Shown here: piece by piece, positions 40,790 to 51,324 of the stretch
Layout: each line of letters opens with the position of its first letter
Numbering within the stretch: the first letter of the stretch is position 1
Source: Bacteroidia bacterium
Lineage (GTDB): Bacteria; Bacteroidota; Bacteroidia; NS11-12g; UBA9320
DNA: 64,000 nucleotides
Reading direction: 5' to 3'
Assembly: GCA_020849295.1 (NCBI GenBank)
Contig: JADLGN010000030.1
Span: 75,692-139,691, forward strand
Translations under genes and position numbers: made by a program
The notes under the pieces: generated by a model
Databases searched by the model: none
Seen by the model: only the letters and a program-made list of their open reading frames with translations
Told to the model about the DNA's origin: nothing

Positions 40790-41422
40790 TCAGCCCCAAT
40801 TTGAAGGATTTTCTCTCCAAATTTTAAATTTTTCAAGTTGTTCGCTTTTAATATATGCAGATTTTATTGCTTCATCTATCAAAATATTGTAGTTGCTCAA
40901 AGCAAAATATTTGCAACCTGCTTTTTTAAAATTTTCATCAGCCACATCAAATCCATAAGTAAATATAGCAGCCAAACCAATTACATTGTAGTTATTATAT
41001 CTTAAATATTTTACCACATTTAGGCTGCTACCGCCTGTAGAAATTAAATCTTCTATTACTACAATTTTTTTACCTTCTTCAATTTTTCCTTCTATCTGAT
41101 TTTGCAAACCATGTTCTTTTGGTTTTGGACGGGCATAAGCAAATGGCAAATTAAGAACATCTGCAACCAATGCACCAATTGCTATTCCGGCTGTTGCAAC
41201 ACCAACTATTACATCAACATTTGAAAAATTTACTTTGATTTGGTTTGCAAGATTTATTTTAAAATAATTTCTTATCTCAGGATATGATAAAATTACTCTG
41301 TTATCACAATATATCGGCGATTTCCAACCTGAGGACCATGTATAAGGATTTTCAATATTAAGCTTTACGGCTTTAGCTTCTAATAAATATTGTGCTATTT
41401 TTGATGCTGTTTCAGTATTCAT
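40790..41422 (-). CDS. pyrE: Orotate phosphoribosyltransferase
   Basis: 210 aa. PRPP-binding motif VVIEDLISTGGSS. N-terminal region typical of PyrE. Confidence 0.9.
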   Translation of the reverse strand: MNTETASKIAQYLLEAKAVKLNIENPYTWSSGWKSPIYCDNRVILSYPEIRNYFKINLANQIKVNFSNVDVIVGVATAGIAIGALVADVLNLPFAYARPKPKEHGLQNQIEGKIEEGKKIVVIEDLISTGGSSLNVVKYLRYNNYNVIGLAAIFTYGFDVADENFKKAGCKYFALSNYNILIDEAIKSAYIKSEQLEKFKIWRENPSNWG

Positions 41423-41453
41423 ATTATTGAAGCAAACTTACATGATTTAAAAA

Positions 41454-42056
41454 ATGAAAACTATTTTTTTTGGTAACAACAAAATCACATTTTCAAACAA
41501 CAAAACTTACTTGTCTGATAATATTGTTAAAAATCCATCATTAGCAGATATTAAGATTATAAACAATAATTTTATTACTAAAAACAATTATCATATAATT
41601 ATTGATGGAAATATAAGTTCAAATTATAAACTATTCAAAAAGCTGTACTTAAATATTGAAGCTGCCGGTGGTGTTGTTTTAAACTCAAATAACAAAATTT
41701 TGCTTATAAAAAGATTGAACAAATACGATTTGCCTAAGGGAAAAAAAGAAAAAGGCGAAAAAATAGTACAATGTGCAGTGCGTGAAGTTGAAGAAGAATG
41801 TGGTATTTCAAATCTTCAAATCATTAAAAAACTCTATCCTACATTTCATGTATATAAACTAAACAATGAGCTAATACTGAAAACTACAAATTGGTTTTTG
41901 ATGAAATATAAGGGAAATAAAACTTTAAAACCTCAATTGTCAGAAGAAATTACGGAAGCAAAATGGATTGATTTAAAAAAATTTAAATTAAAACCCGAAG
42001 ATACATATCCAAATATTATTTATGTGCTAAATCAGATAATATCTGTGACGGAATAA
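41454..42056 (+). CDS. NUDIX hydrolase
   Basis: Nudix box GKKEKGEKIVQCAVREVEEECGI. An extended N-terminus makes the true start uncertain. Confidence 0.7.
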   Translation: MKTIFFGNNKITFSNNKTYLSDNIVKNPSLADIKIINNNFITKNNYHIIIDGNISSNYKLFKKLYLNIEAAGGVVLNSNNKILLIKRLNKYDLPKGKKEKGEKIVQCAVREVEEECGISNLQIIKKLYPTFHVYKLNNELILKTTNWFLMKYKGNKTLKPQLSEEITEAKWIDLKKFKLKPEDTYPNIIYVLNQIISVTE

Positions 42057-42492
42057 ACTTGGTAAAATCTCCTTTGTGAATAATCAAATCTCTGACAATT
42101 GTGCTACTTACAGAGTTATAATCATGATCACTTATCAAAAAAACATTTAAAATATTTTTATTTAGAAATTCATTTACAAAAGCAATTTGTTTTTCATATT
42201 CAAAATCAAGGCTTGAACGTAATCCGCGAATAATAAAATCGGCATTTTTCTTTACACAATATTCATAAGTCAAACCTGTGTAAACTTCAGCAAATACACG
42301 AGTTTCATCGTTAAAAATTATATTTATCCATTTGAGTCGTTGCTCTACGGAAAAAAGATTTTTTTTTGTAGCATTATGCCCTATTGCTACTATTACTTTG
42401 TCAAATATATTTAATGATTTACTAACAATATTCAGATGCCCGAGTGTAAAGGGGTCGAAAGTGCCGGGAAAAATTGCAATTTTTTCAGCCAT
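42016..42492 (-). CDS. coaD: Phosphopantetheine adenylyltransferase
   Basis: MAEKIAIFPGTFDPFTLGHLNIV (the T/HxGH nucleotidyltransferase motif). Start set at the internal ATG at 42492. 3' end overlaps the convergent NUDIX gene by 41 nt. Confidence 0.9.
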   Translation of the reverse strand: MAEKIAIFPGTFDPFTLGHLNIVSKSLNIFDKVIVAIGHNATKKNLFSVEQRLKWINIIFNDETRVFAEVYTGLTYEYCVKKNADFIIRGLRSSLDFEYEKQIAFVNEFLNKNILNVFLISDHDYNSVSSTIVRDLIIHKGDFTKFIPSQILSDLAHK

Positions 42493-42590
42493 AACCTTAA
42501 TTTTATGCAGCAAAATAAACTCATTAATTAATAAATTTTTCAATTATTTTTTTACTGCTTATTTTTAAAGATAGCTTTGCACAAAATATT

Positions 42591-43430
42591 ATGATAGTAG
42601 AAATTGGCAAATTCAATAGTTTGCAAGTGCTAAAGAAACTTGATTTCGGAATATATCTTGACGGAAAACAACATGGCGAAATTCTTATGCCACGTCAATA
42701 TGTACCCGAAGGGACTGAAATAGGCGACACCGTAGATTGCTTTATTTATTATGATTCAGAAGATAGAATTATAGCCACTACACTACATCCTATGGCTACA
42801 GTTGACGAATTTGCCGTGTTAAGAGTTGTTTCTGTAAATCAATCGGGAGCCTTCTTATTCTGGGGGCTTCCAAAAGATATTCTTGTACCATATAGTGAGC
42901 AAAAAACAAGAATGACAGAAGATAAGAGTTATGTGGTATTTATATATGTTGATTCTCTAACAAAAAGAATTGTAGCTTCATCAAAAATTGAAAAATTTTT
43001 AAGTACTTCAGTTCCCGAATATGAGGAAGGACAAGAAGTGGCACTAATAGTATATCAAAAAACAGATATTGGTTATAAAGTTGTAATTGATGGAAAACAT
43101 ACAGGAGTAATTCATTTTAGTGATGTTTTCAAAAACTTATTTATTGGTGATAAATTAAAAGGATATGTAAAAAGTATAAAAGATGATATAAAAATAAATA
43201 TTGTTTTGCAAAAGCCAGGATATACTGTAATTGACGATATTTCAAGGAAAATTTTGGAATATATTAAATCAAACCATGGGTTTGTTTCATATACTGATAA
43301 AACACCTGCCGATGTTATTTACCGCGAATTTGGAATTAGTAAAAAAACCTTTAAAAAATCAGTAGGATTGCTTTACAAAAAACGCCTTTTAATTATAGAA
43401 AATAACGGCTTAAGAGTTATAAATAATTAA
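42591..43430 (+). CDS. cvfB: S1 RNA-binding domain protein, CvfB/YitL family
   Basis: 279 aa with two or three S1-like repeats and a C-terminal winged-helix region. Confidence 0.7.
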   Translation: MIVEIGKFNSLQVLKKLDFGIYLDGKQHGEILMPRQYVPEGTEIGDTVDCFIYYDSEDRIIATTLHPMATVDEFAVLRVVSVNQSGAFLFWGLPKDILVPYSEQKTRMTEDKSYVVFIYVDSLTKRIVASSKIEKFLSTSVPEYEEGQEVALIVYQKTDIGYKVVIDGKHTGVIHFSDVFKNLFIGDKLKGYVKSIKDDIKINIVLQKPGYTVIDDISRKILEYIKSNHGFVSYTDKTPADVIYREFGISKKTFKKSVGLLYKKRLLIIENNGLRVINN

Positions 43431-43436
43431 AATAAA

Positions 43437-44201
43437 TTATTCAACTTGCCAGCGCTTCAATTTTGAAATTCGCTGAATAAATCCTATCTGAATTTGAGGT
43501 GCGGTATTTTTCATAACAGTATTTGTTGCTGTATATGCCTTGCTACTGTTAAAATTAGCCAATCCTAACAGATAACGCCCGTCAATAGTTAATTTTCCTT
43601 TATCACTAAGTCTGAAAGCTATTCCTGCACCGAATCCCAAGCCGTAATCAATTGCATTGAATTTATTGTTTGAACCGCTTGTTTTGCTTGAAGTTGAAGT
43701 GGAATTGTTGTTTTCATCTACTGTAAGTGAAGTAGTAAGAGTTGAAGTGTTGTTTGATAAGCCATATCCAAAATATCCACCTGCATTTAGATGTATTGTT
43801 ACAATATTTTCTGAATAGCGATAAGGAATTACTTCTTCTGATTTAATTGGAATTTCAAAATTTGCAAATAAAGGCAGTTGAAGATATGTAAAAGCGTAAG
43901 TTGGTTTTATAGTAGTGGTGATTGTAGTATTTGCAATATCATCTTTTGTAACAGTTACACTTTTGCCGTTTGAGCCCATTTGAGAATACAGCAAATCCAT
44001 TTGTACGCCTATTATTTTGTTAAACTTATATTTCATTGTTGCACCCCCGTTTAACCCAATTTTGTTGGTATAATTGTAGTTTGGCACACTTGCCGAAAAA
44101 TTTGCAAAGTTCAATCCTAATTTTGCTCCAAGATAAAACTGAGCTTGAGTTCCTACATTCAAAAGTGAAGCAATTACAAAAACAGATATTTTTCTTTTCA
44201 T
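43437..44201 (-). CDS. Outer-membrane beta-barrel protein (porin-family/OmpA-like membrane domain)
   Basis: Signal peptide. Alternating hydrophobic beta-strand pattern and aromatic-rich strands. Confidence 0.65.
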   Translation of the reverse strand: MKRKISVFVIASLLNVGTQAQFYLGAKLGLNFANFSASVPNYNYTNKIGLNGGATMKYKFNKIIGVQMDLLYSQMGSNGKSVTVTKDDIANTTITTTIKPTYAFTYLQLPLFANFEIPIKSEEVIPYRYSENIVTIHLNAGGYFGYGLSNNTSTLTTSLTVDENNNSTSTSSKTSGSNNKFNAIDYGLGFGAGIAFRLSDKGKLTIDGRYLLGLANFNSSKAYTATNTVMKNTAPQIQIGFIQRISKLKRWQVE

Positions 44202-44316
44202 TTTCTTCTTTTTAATAAATTAGTTTACAAACCTAATCAGAATTTTAATAAATGCAAAATAATAACTTCTTAATTTATTGAACAGTCTTAGGTATTTTTG
44301 TAAATATTTTTTAAAA

Positions 44317-45039
44317 ATGCAATTAAGGGCTGAAAATTTAGTAAAGCAATACAAATCACGTAAAGTGGTTAACGATGTTTCTATTAAAGTAAATCAAGCA
44401 GAAATAGTTGGATTGCTCGGGCCCAATGGAGCCGGCAAAACAACAACTTTTTATATGGTAGTTGGCTTAATAAAGGCAGATCAAGGAAAAATATTTCTTG
44501 ACGATACAGAAATTACAAAACTGCCTATGTACAAAAGAGCTCAATTAGGAATTGGATATTTGCCGCAAGAAGCATCGGTTTTCAGAGATCTTAGTGTAGA
44601 AGACAATATTATGGCAATTTTAGAAATGATTAATATTACACCCAAAGAACAAAATGAACGACTTGAATCTCTCATTTCTGAATTTAATTTGAATAAAGTG
44701 CGAAAAAATAAAGGTTCGGTACTATCGGGTGGAGAACGCCGTAGAACTGAGATAGCACGGGCGTTGGCAGTAAATCCAAAATTTATTTTACTAGATGAGC
44801 CATTTGCAGGGGTTGACCCTATAGCTGTAGAGGATATACAGCAAATTGTAAGAAAACTTATAACTAAAAATATTGGAGTGCTGATAACTGACCACAATGT
44901 TCACGAAACACTATCTATTACTAACAGAGCATATTTGCTTTTTGAAGGTAAAATTTTAAAAGCAGGTACAGCTCAGGAACTTGCCGATGATGAACTTGTA
45001 CGAAAAGTTTATCTCGGTCAGAATTTTATTTTAAGATAA
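44317..45039 (+). CDS. lptB: LPS export ABC transporter ATP-binding protein
   Basis: [20 protein letters not shown], Walker [10 protein letters not shown], signature [15 protein letters not shown], and a C-terminal region characteristic of LptB. Start set at ATG 44317. Confidence 0.85.
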   Translation: MQLRAENLVKQYKSRKVVNDVSIKVNQAEIVGLLGPNGAGKTTTFYMVVGLIKADQGKIFLDDTEITKLPMYKRAQLGIGYLPQEASVFRDLSVEDNIMAILEMINITPKEQNERLESLISEFNLNKVRKNKGSVLSGGERRRTEIARALAVNPKFILLDEPFAGVDPIAVEDIQQIVRKLITKNIGVLITDHNVHETLSITNRAYLLFEGKILKAGTAQELADDELVRKVYLGQNFILR

Positions 45040-45051
45040 ATTATAATCAAA

Positions 45052-45687
45052 TTGTCAAAAACAGCATTAATAATAGCTAATGGTGAGCAATGTTCTGATA
45101 ATTTATTACAAAAATTTATAAAAAACAATTGTACGATTGTAGTGCTTGATGGTGCAGTTGAGATAGCAATTAAATCAGGTATAAAATTAGATATTTTACT
45201 TGGAGATTTTGACAGAATAAACACCTATGACATAAAACCAAAATTGCCCGAAAATGTAAAAATAGTTTCAACACCAAATCAAAACAAAACCGATTTAGAA
45301 AAAGCAATAGAATACCTGATTGACAAAAAATATTTACACATAGATATTTTATGGGCTACAGGCAAAAGAAGCGACCATACTTTTAACAATATTATAACTA
45401 TTGGCAAATACTACAAAAAAATAAATTGCATAATTCACGATGACTATTCTTCTATTTATGCATTACCTTTAAATTTTGAAAAAAAATATAACAAAGGGCA
45501 GGTAATATCATTGTTTCCATTAGGAAAAGTAACAGGGATAAATACTACAGGTCTTGTTTACGAAATGAAAAATCAAACACTTAGTCTTCCTGCAAAAACA
45601 GGCACAAGTAATGAAACTATAAAGAATGGAATAATAAAGATTGAACACAAAACCGGTGATTTAGTATTAATGGAATGCAAAGATTAA
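45052..45687 (+). CDS. Thiamine diphosphokinase
   Basis: ALIIANGE...VVLDGA...LLGDFDRIN catalytic-domain motifs plus a C-terminal thiamine-binding domain. Confidence 0.75.
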   Translation: MSKTALIIANGEQCSDNLLQKFIKNNCTIVVLDGAVEIAIKSGIKLDILLGDFDRINTYDIKPKLPENVKIVSTPNQNKTDLEKAIEYLIDKKYLHIDILWATGKRSDHTFNNIITIGKYYKKINCIIHDDYSSIYALPLNFEKKYNKGQVISLFPLGKVTGINTTGLVYEMKNQTLSLPAKTGTSNETIKNGIIKIEHKTGDLVLMECKD

Positions 45688-46706
45688 AACCCGATATTGA
45701 AAAATTAGCTAATTTGCTCGAAAGTACTGATTTTATTAATTCGGGAATTTCAGATTACAGCATTGAGTATTTAAAAAAAAATCACAAATCGGTTAAGTAC
45801 TCTCTTTATTTAGCATTGCAGTTAATCAAACTGGGTATAGTATATACTCGAAAGCCAATTAATGAAATTACAATAGCAGAAATAGGCGGTGGGACTGGTT
45901 TTATAAGTATTTTGGCAAAATATATAGGAATTGAAAAAGTAATATATTCTGATATTTTCCAGCAGAGTTGTAATGATTTTGAGATTATTTCTAAAACAAT
46001 AGGATTAATTCCTTATAAAATTATATGTGGCAGTATAAATGAACTTCAAACAGAAACTAATGAGCAAATTGATATTATTATAAGCAGAGATGTAATTGAA
46101 CATATTTATGATTTAAATGACTTTTTCAAAAAAAGTTCTTTACATTTTGCTAATTCAGTTCACATTCATAACACTTCTGCTAATATTTATAATTTATTTA
46201 AAAGAAAATATTTCGAAAAAATACACCTTACTGATGAATACAAAGGATATACTGAATTATTAAAACCTAATGATTCTGTATTGCCTTTCTACCTTTTGAG
46301 ATTTGATTTTATTAAACAAAACTATCCGGAATTAAATATTTTAATGGCAGAAAGACTTGCAAAACTATGCAGAGGAAAAAATTACTCAGATATTAAAGTT
46401 GATGTCGAAAATTTTATAACCAATAATATTCTGCCTATTGCTAATACTCATCCTACAAATACTTGCGACCCGACAAATGGAAACAGAAGTGAAAATTTAC
46501 TTTATTTTAAAGACTATGAAAAACTGATTGACAACTCAGTATTTAATGTAAGTTGGAAATTTGCAAAATATGATGTTAATGAAAACAAAATTTTAAAGAA
46601 ATTAATAAAGTACTTGCTAAATTTTCTTATTGATATTTCAGGAAAATCAGCCCGATTTATTACTCCTGCAATAATTATGGTTTGTTATCCTAAAAAATTA
46701 TCTTGA
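45675..46706 (+). CDS. Class I SAM-dependent methyltransferase
   Basis: Motif I IAEIGGGTGFISILA, acidic residue after beta-2 (YSDI), motif ISRDVIEH. Confidence 0.65.
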   Translation: MQRLKPDIEKLANLLESTDFINSGISDYSIEYLKKNHKSVKYSLYLALQLIKLGIVYTRKPINEITIAEIGGGTGFISILAKYIGIEKVIYSDIFQQSCNDFEIISKTIGLIPYKIICGSINELQTETNEQIDIIISRDVIEHIYDLNDFFKKSSLHFANSVHIHNTSANIYNLFKRKYFEKIHLTDEYKGYTELLKPNDSVLPFYLLRFDFIKQNYPELNILMAERLAKLCRGKNYSDIKVDVENFITNNILPIANTHPTNTCDPTNGNRSENLLYFKDYEKLIDNSVFNVSWKFAKYDVNENKILKKLIKYLLNFLIDISGKSARFITPAIIMVCYPKKLS

Positions 46707-48170
46707 ATAATTTGGAGCATCATGAGTCATTGTTACATCATGCGGATGACTTTCTCTTATCCCAGATGATGTAATTTTTACAAATTTTGCAGTTTTCAAA
46801 TCAACAATTGTTGAAGCACCGCAATATCCCATTCCTGCTCTAAGGCCACCAATATACTGATACATAACTTCGGCAAGAGACCCCTTAAAAGGTACCATGC
46901 CTACTATACCCTCCGGTACAAGTTTAGATATCTCTTCTTCGGCATCCTGAAAATATCTGTCTTTAGAACCATCTTTCATTGCATCAATAGAGCCCATACC
47001 TCTGTATGATTTCACTTTTCTTCCTTCGTATATTATTGTTTCGCCCGGAGATTCTTCAGTTCCGGCAAACAGAGAGCCTGCCATTATACAATCAGCTCCG
47101 GCCACAATTGCTTTTACTATATCGCCACTGTATCTTATTCCTCCATCACTTATTAAAGGTATATTGCTGCCCTTAAGTGCATTTGCACATTCAATTACAG
47201 CAGTAAGCTGAGGCACACCAATACCTGCTATAACTCTTGTAGTACAAATAGAGCCCGGACCAACACCTACTTTTATCGCATCTGCTCCTGATTTTGCAAG
47301 TAATTTTGCCGCATCAGCAGTTGCAATATTTCCAACTATAATCTGTAGTGATGGAAAATGTTTTTTTATTTTCTTTAGTTCAGTTATTACGCCTTTGCTG
47401 TGCCCATGTGCTGTATCAAGCGTTATTACATCTACGTCTTGTGCAACAAGAGCTGATACTCTTTCAATAGTATCTGATGTAATTCCTACTGCAGCACCTG
47501 CCAACAACCTGCCGAATTTATCTTTACAAGCAAAAGGATGATATTTTACATTTTGAATATCGCGATATGTTATTAAACCTTTTAATTTTCCTTTTTTGTC
47601 AACTACAGGTAGTTTTTCAATCTTAAAATTCTGCAATATTTCTGATGCTTTATTAAGGTCAGTATTTTCATCGGCAGTAATAAGATTTTCTTTCGTCATT
47701 GCTTCGCTTACATTGCGACTCATATCATTTTGAAATCTTAAATCGCGATTGGTTATTATTCCAACAAGTTTATCATTATTATCAATTATAGGAATACCGC
47801 CAATTTTATACTCTCTCATCAAATTTGCAGCATCTTCAAGTTTGGCTGAAGTATTTAATGTAACAGGGTCTTTTATCATACCACTTTCTGAGCGTTTAAC
47901 TTTTTTTACTTCAGCAGCCTGTTTTTCGATACTCATATTTTTATGTATAATACCAATACCTCCAAGTCTTGCCATACTAATAGCCATCCTGCTTTCGGTA
48001 ACTGTATCCATTGCCGCACTTATCAATGGAATATTTATTTCCAGATTTTTTGTTAATCGAGTTTTTAATTTTACATCACGTGGTAATATTTCAGAATATC
48101 TTGGAACAACAAGTACATCATCAAAAGCTAAACCATCAAATTGAATTTTATCGGAGAATTTATCAGACAT
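46698..48170 (-). CDS. guaB: IMP dehydrogenase
   Basis: 490 aa. Two CBS domains. Catalytic loop GIGVPQLTA...GGIRYSGD and catalytic Cys GPGSICTTR. Confidence 0.95.
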   Translation of the reverse strand: MSDKFSDKIQFDGLAFDDVLVVPRYSEILPRDVKLKTRLTKNLEINIPLISAAMDTVTESRMAISMARLGGIGIIHKNMSIEKQAAEVKKVKRSESGMIKDPVTLNTSAKLEDAANLMREYKIGGIPIIDNNDKLVGIITNRDLRFQNDMSRNVSEAMTKENLITADENTDLNKASEILQNFKIEKLPVVDKKGKLKGLITYRDIQNVKYHPFACKDKFGRLLAGAAVGITSDTIERVSALVAQDVDVITLDTAHGHSKGVITELKKIKKHFPSLQIIVGNIATADAAKLLAKSGADAIKVGVGPGSICTTRVIAGIGVPQLTAVIECANALKGSNIPLISDGGIRYSGDIVKAIVAGADCIMAGSLFAGTEESPGETIIYEGRKVKSYRGMGSIDAMKDGSKDRYFQDAEEEISKLVPEGIVGMVPFKGSLAEVMYQYIGGLRAGMGYCGASTIVDLKTAKFVKITSSGIRESHPHDVTMTHDAPNYSR

Positions 48171-48360
48171 TGCAAATAATTATTATATAAATTACACTTT
48201 ATTATTTGCGGTGCAAAGTTAATTAAAAATTGATAACTTCAATTATGATTATTCAATAATTTATTTTAAAATGATATTAATCTAAAACATTAGAAAATAT
48301 TAATATTACTATATATTATATTTTTTATTTTATTTTCGCCAAAATTATTTTTTTATAAAT

Positions 48361-48858
48361 ATGGATATAAAAGAAATACAGGCATTGATTAAATTTATTT
48401 CAGGAGTTGGTGTAGATGAGGTTAGTATTGAACGTAAAGATTTTAAAATTACAATAAAGAAAAATCCACACCCAACCGGAATAGCAGTTGCCCCACAGAC
48501 ACAATACATACAGGCTGAACTTACTCAACCAGTGGCAAAACCGGTAGCAGCAATACCTACAGCACCTGCCGCAGAAAGCAAACCAACTACATTGGTTGAA
48601 GAAACTACAGCTTCAAACATAAAAGAAATAAAATCGCCAATGATAGGTACATTTTACAGAAGTTCTTCTCCTGACAAGCCACCATTTGCGAGTGTTGGCG
48701 ATGAAATAAATGCCGGAGATACAGTGTGTATTATTGAAGCAATGAAATTATTTAATGAGATAGAGAGTGATATTAAAGGAAAAATAGTAAAAGTGTTAGT
48801 TGACAACGCAACTCCTGTAGAATACGATCAACCATTGTTTTTGATTGAAGTTAACTAA
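48361..48858 (+). CDS. accB: Acetyl-CoA carboxylase biotin carboxyl carrier protein
   Basis: Ala/Pro-rich linker and biotinyl domain with CIIEAMKLFNEIESD (biotin-Lys in the AMK motif). Confidence 0.9.
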   Translation: MDIKEIQALIKFISGVGVDEVSIERKDFKITIKKNPHPTGIAVAPQTQYIQAELTQPVAKPVAAIPTAPAAESKPTTLVEETTASNIKEIKSPMIGTFYRSSSPDKPPFASVGDEINAGDTVCIIEAMKLFNEIESDIKGKIVKVLVDNATPVEYDQPLFLIEVN

Positions 48859-48963
48859 CATTGATTTTCGAAAATTTGTAATTTATACATTTTTTCTATT
48901 TTCATTAATTTTATAAAGTTATATCTTAAGAACTTAAATAAGTTTTAAAAAATAATATGTACT

Positions 48964-50301
48964 ATGTTTAAAAAAATATTAATAGCAAACAGAGGAGAAA
49001 TAGCTCTACGCATAATAAGAACATGTAAAGAAATGGGAATTAAAACTGTTGCAGTTTACTCTACAGTTGACAAAGACAGTCTGCATGTGCGTTTTGCTGA
49101 TGAGGCGGTATGTATAGGTCCTCCTGCAAGTTCGCAAAGTTACCTGAGTATGCATAATTTACTTTCTGTTGCCGAAATTACCAATGCTGATGCAATACAT
49201 CCCGGATATGGTTTTTTAAGTGAAAATGCAGAATTTTCGGAATTATGCCGTATTCATAACATTAAATTTATTGGTGCATCGCCCGAAATGATTAATGCAA
49301 TGGGCGACAAAAGCAATGCAAAAGAAACAATGAAAAAAGCCGGCGTACCTATTGTGCCTGGTAGCGACGGATTATTGCACGACATAAAAGAAGGTATTAA
49401 AATTTCTAAAAAAATTGGATATCCTGTAATTTTAAAATCAACAGCCGGAGGTGGCGGGCGTGGAATGAGAATAGTTTGGAAAGACGATGAATTTGAAGCC
49501 GCTTTCAATTCTGCACAGACAGAAGCTAAAGCTGCCTTTGGCAATGATGGTATGTATCTGGAAAAATACATAGAAGAACCTCGCCATATTGAAATACAAA
49601 TAGCCGGTGACCAATACGGAAAAGTATGTCACCTTAGCGAACGCGACTGCTCTATACAGCGTCGCCATCAAAAACTTATTGAGGAATGTCCATCGCCTTT
49701 TATGACAGACGAACTCAGAGAAAAAATGGGTGAAGCAGCAATAAAAGCAGCTTCATCCATAAGCTACGAAGGTGTAGGAACTATTGAATTTTTGGTTGAC
49801 AAGCATCGTAATTTTTACTTTATGGAGATGAACACTCGTATTCAGGTTGAACATCCTGTTACCGAAGAAGTAATAAATTATGATTTAATAAAAGAACAAA
49901 TACTTATTGCGGCAGGTGTTCCTATTTCAGGCAAAAACCATTACCCAAAAATGCACTGTATTGAATGTAGAATAAATGCTGAAGATCCATATAAAAACTT
50001 TGCTCCAAACCCTGGAAAAATTACATCATTACATATTCCCGGCGGTCACGGAATAAGAGTAGATACTCATATCTATGCTGGTTATGTAATACCGCCCAAT
50101 TATGACAGTATGATTGCAAAACTTATTGTTGTACATCAAACTCGCGAAGAATGTATAGTTAAAATGAAAAGGGCTCTTGAAGAGTTTATTATTGAAGGTG
50201 TAAAAACAACTATTCCACTGCAATTACAGCTTATGCAAAACGAAGATTTTATAAATGGTAATTTTACTACCAAGTTTATGGAAAGTTTTGTAATTAAATA
50301 A
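48964..50301 (+). CDS. accC: Acetyl-CoA carboxylase biotin carboxylase subunit
   Basis: [33 protein letters not shown] and ATP-grasp motifs [10 protein letters not shown] and [14 protein letters not shown]. Confidence 0.95.
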   Translation: MFKKILIANRGEIALRIIRTCKEMGIKTVAVYSTVDKDSLHVRFADEAVCIGPPASSQSYLSMHNLLSVAEITNADAIHPGYGFLSENAEFSELCRIHNIKFIGASPEMINAMGDKSNAKETMKKAGVPIVPGSDGLLHDIKEGIKISKKIGYPVILKSTAGGGGRGMRIVWKDDEFEAAFNSAQTEAKAAFGNDGMYLEKYIEEPRHIEIQIAGDQYGKVCHLSERDCSIQRRHQKLIEECPSPFMTDELREKMGEAAIKAASSISYEGVGTIEFLVDKHRNFYFMEMNTRIQVEHPVTEEVINYDLIKEQILIAAGVPISGKNHYPKMHCIECRINAEDPYKNFAPNPGKITSLHIPGGHGIRVDTHIYAGYVIPPNYDSMIAKLIVVHQTREECIVKMKRALEEFIIEGVKTTIPLQLQLMQNEDFINGNFTTKFMESFVIK

Positions 50302-50726
50302 TGAAATCTTTTTTAAAAATTTTAATTTTTACATTTATTGTTTTTTTATTTAATAAAACTGTATTATCTCAAAGCAATTCAAGCAATAATCAAACTTCCG
50401 ATTCGACTAAAAAAAACAGCGAAATAATGCCTCAATTCCCAGGCGGAACGAATGCTTTAATAGAATTTATCAATAAAAAAATAAAGTATCCACCTAAAGC
50501 TGTAAGAAAAAGAATTGAAGGTACTGTTTATGTAAGATTTATTATTAATACTATGGGAGAAGCTGTAAATTTTGAAATTGTAAGCCCAGTAAAACTTGGT
50601 TATGGTCTTGAAGAAGCTGCAATTGAAGTTTTAAAAAAAATGCCAAAGTGGTCGCCGGGTTTAATAAATAATAAGCCGGTAGATGTAACTATGTCAATTC
50701 CTATAACTTTTAAAGTTAAAAATTAA
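50301..50726 (+). CDS. Secreted TonB C-terminal-domain protein
   Basis: Signal peptide plus TonB_C-like domain (MPQFPGGTNALIEFINKKIKYPPKAVRKRIEGTVYVRFIINTMGEAVNFEIV). Confidence 0.65.
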   Translation: MKSFLKILIFTFIVFLFNKTVLSQSNSSNNQTSDSTKKNSEIMPQFPGGTNALIEFINKKIKYPPKAVRKRIEGTVYVRFIINTMGEAVNFEIVSPVKLGYGLEEAAIEVLKKMPKWSPGLINNKPVDVTMSIPITFKVKN

Positions 50727-50781
50727 GTTTATATTATTAAAACTTGTTTATCTTTAATTTTGTTAATCATAATTAAAGGTT

Positions 50782-51315
50782 TTGAAATTTAATAAGAATA
50801 TTTTTATATTTAGTATAGCCTTTGGCTTTTTTGAAACAGCTTTTTGCCAAAATGATTGCAGTTTATTAAAACAATTACATATTTCTGATAGTTTAAAAAT
50901 TGATTCATTAATTAAAGAAATAAATTATCTGAAATCATTAATTCAAATTGATACTATTGAACAAACTGTTATTCCCGAAAGAGTTTACAACGAAGTTCAT
51001 TTAATTACTGATACAAAGGCAAAGTTTCCTGGGGGCCGAGATTCAATGATTTTATTTATTACAAATGAACTCAGATATCCTACTCAAGCTATAAAAAATA
51101 AAGCAGAGGCTAAGGTAGTATTAAATTTTATTGTAGATTCATTAGGAAGAATTTGTTGTATTAAAAATAATGGCAAAAAAGATATTTATGGATTTGAAGA
51201 AGAAGCTATAAGAATTATTAGCAGAATGCCTATTTGGATTCCTGCAACTAAAGACAATAAACCTGTAAACTCATATTATCAGTTGCCTATTACATTCAGG
51301 TATTACGAAGAATAA
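50782..51315 (+). CDS. Secreted TonB C-terminal-domain protein (paralog)
   Basis: Signal peptide, then KFPGGRDSMILFITNELRYPTQAIKNKAEAKVVLNFIVDSLGRI, a TonB_C-like domain paralogous to the preceding ORF. Confidence 0.6.
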   Translation: MKFNKNIFIFSIAFGFFETAFCQNDCSLLKQLHISDSLKIDSLIKEINYLKSLIQIDTIEQTVIPERVYNEVHLITDTKAKFPGGRDSMILFITNELRYPTQAIKNKAEAKVVLNFIVDSLGRICCIKNNGKKDIYGFEEEAIRIISRMPIWIPATKDNKPVNSYYQLPITFRYYEE

Positions 51316-51324
51316 AAAAACAAA

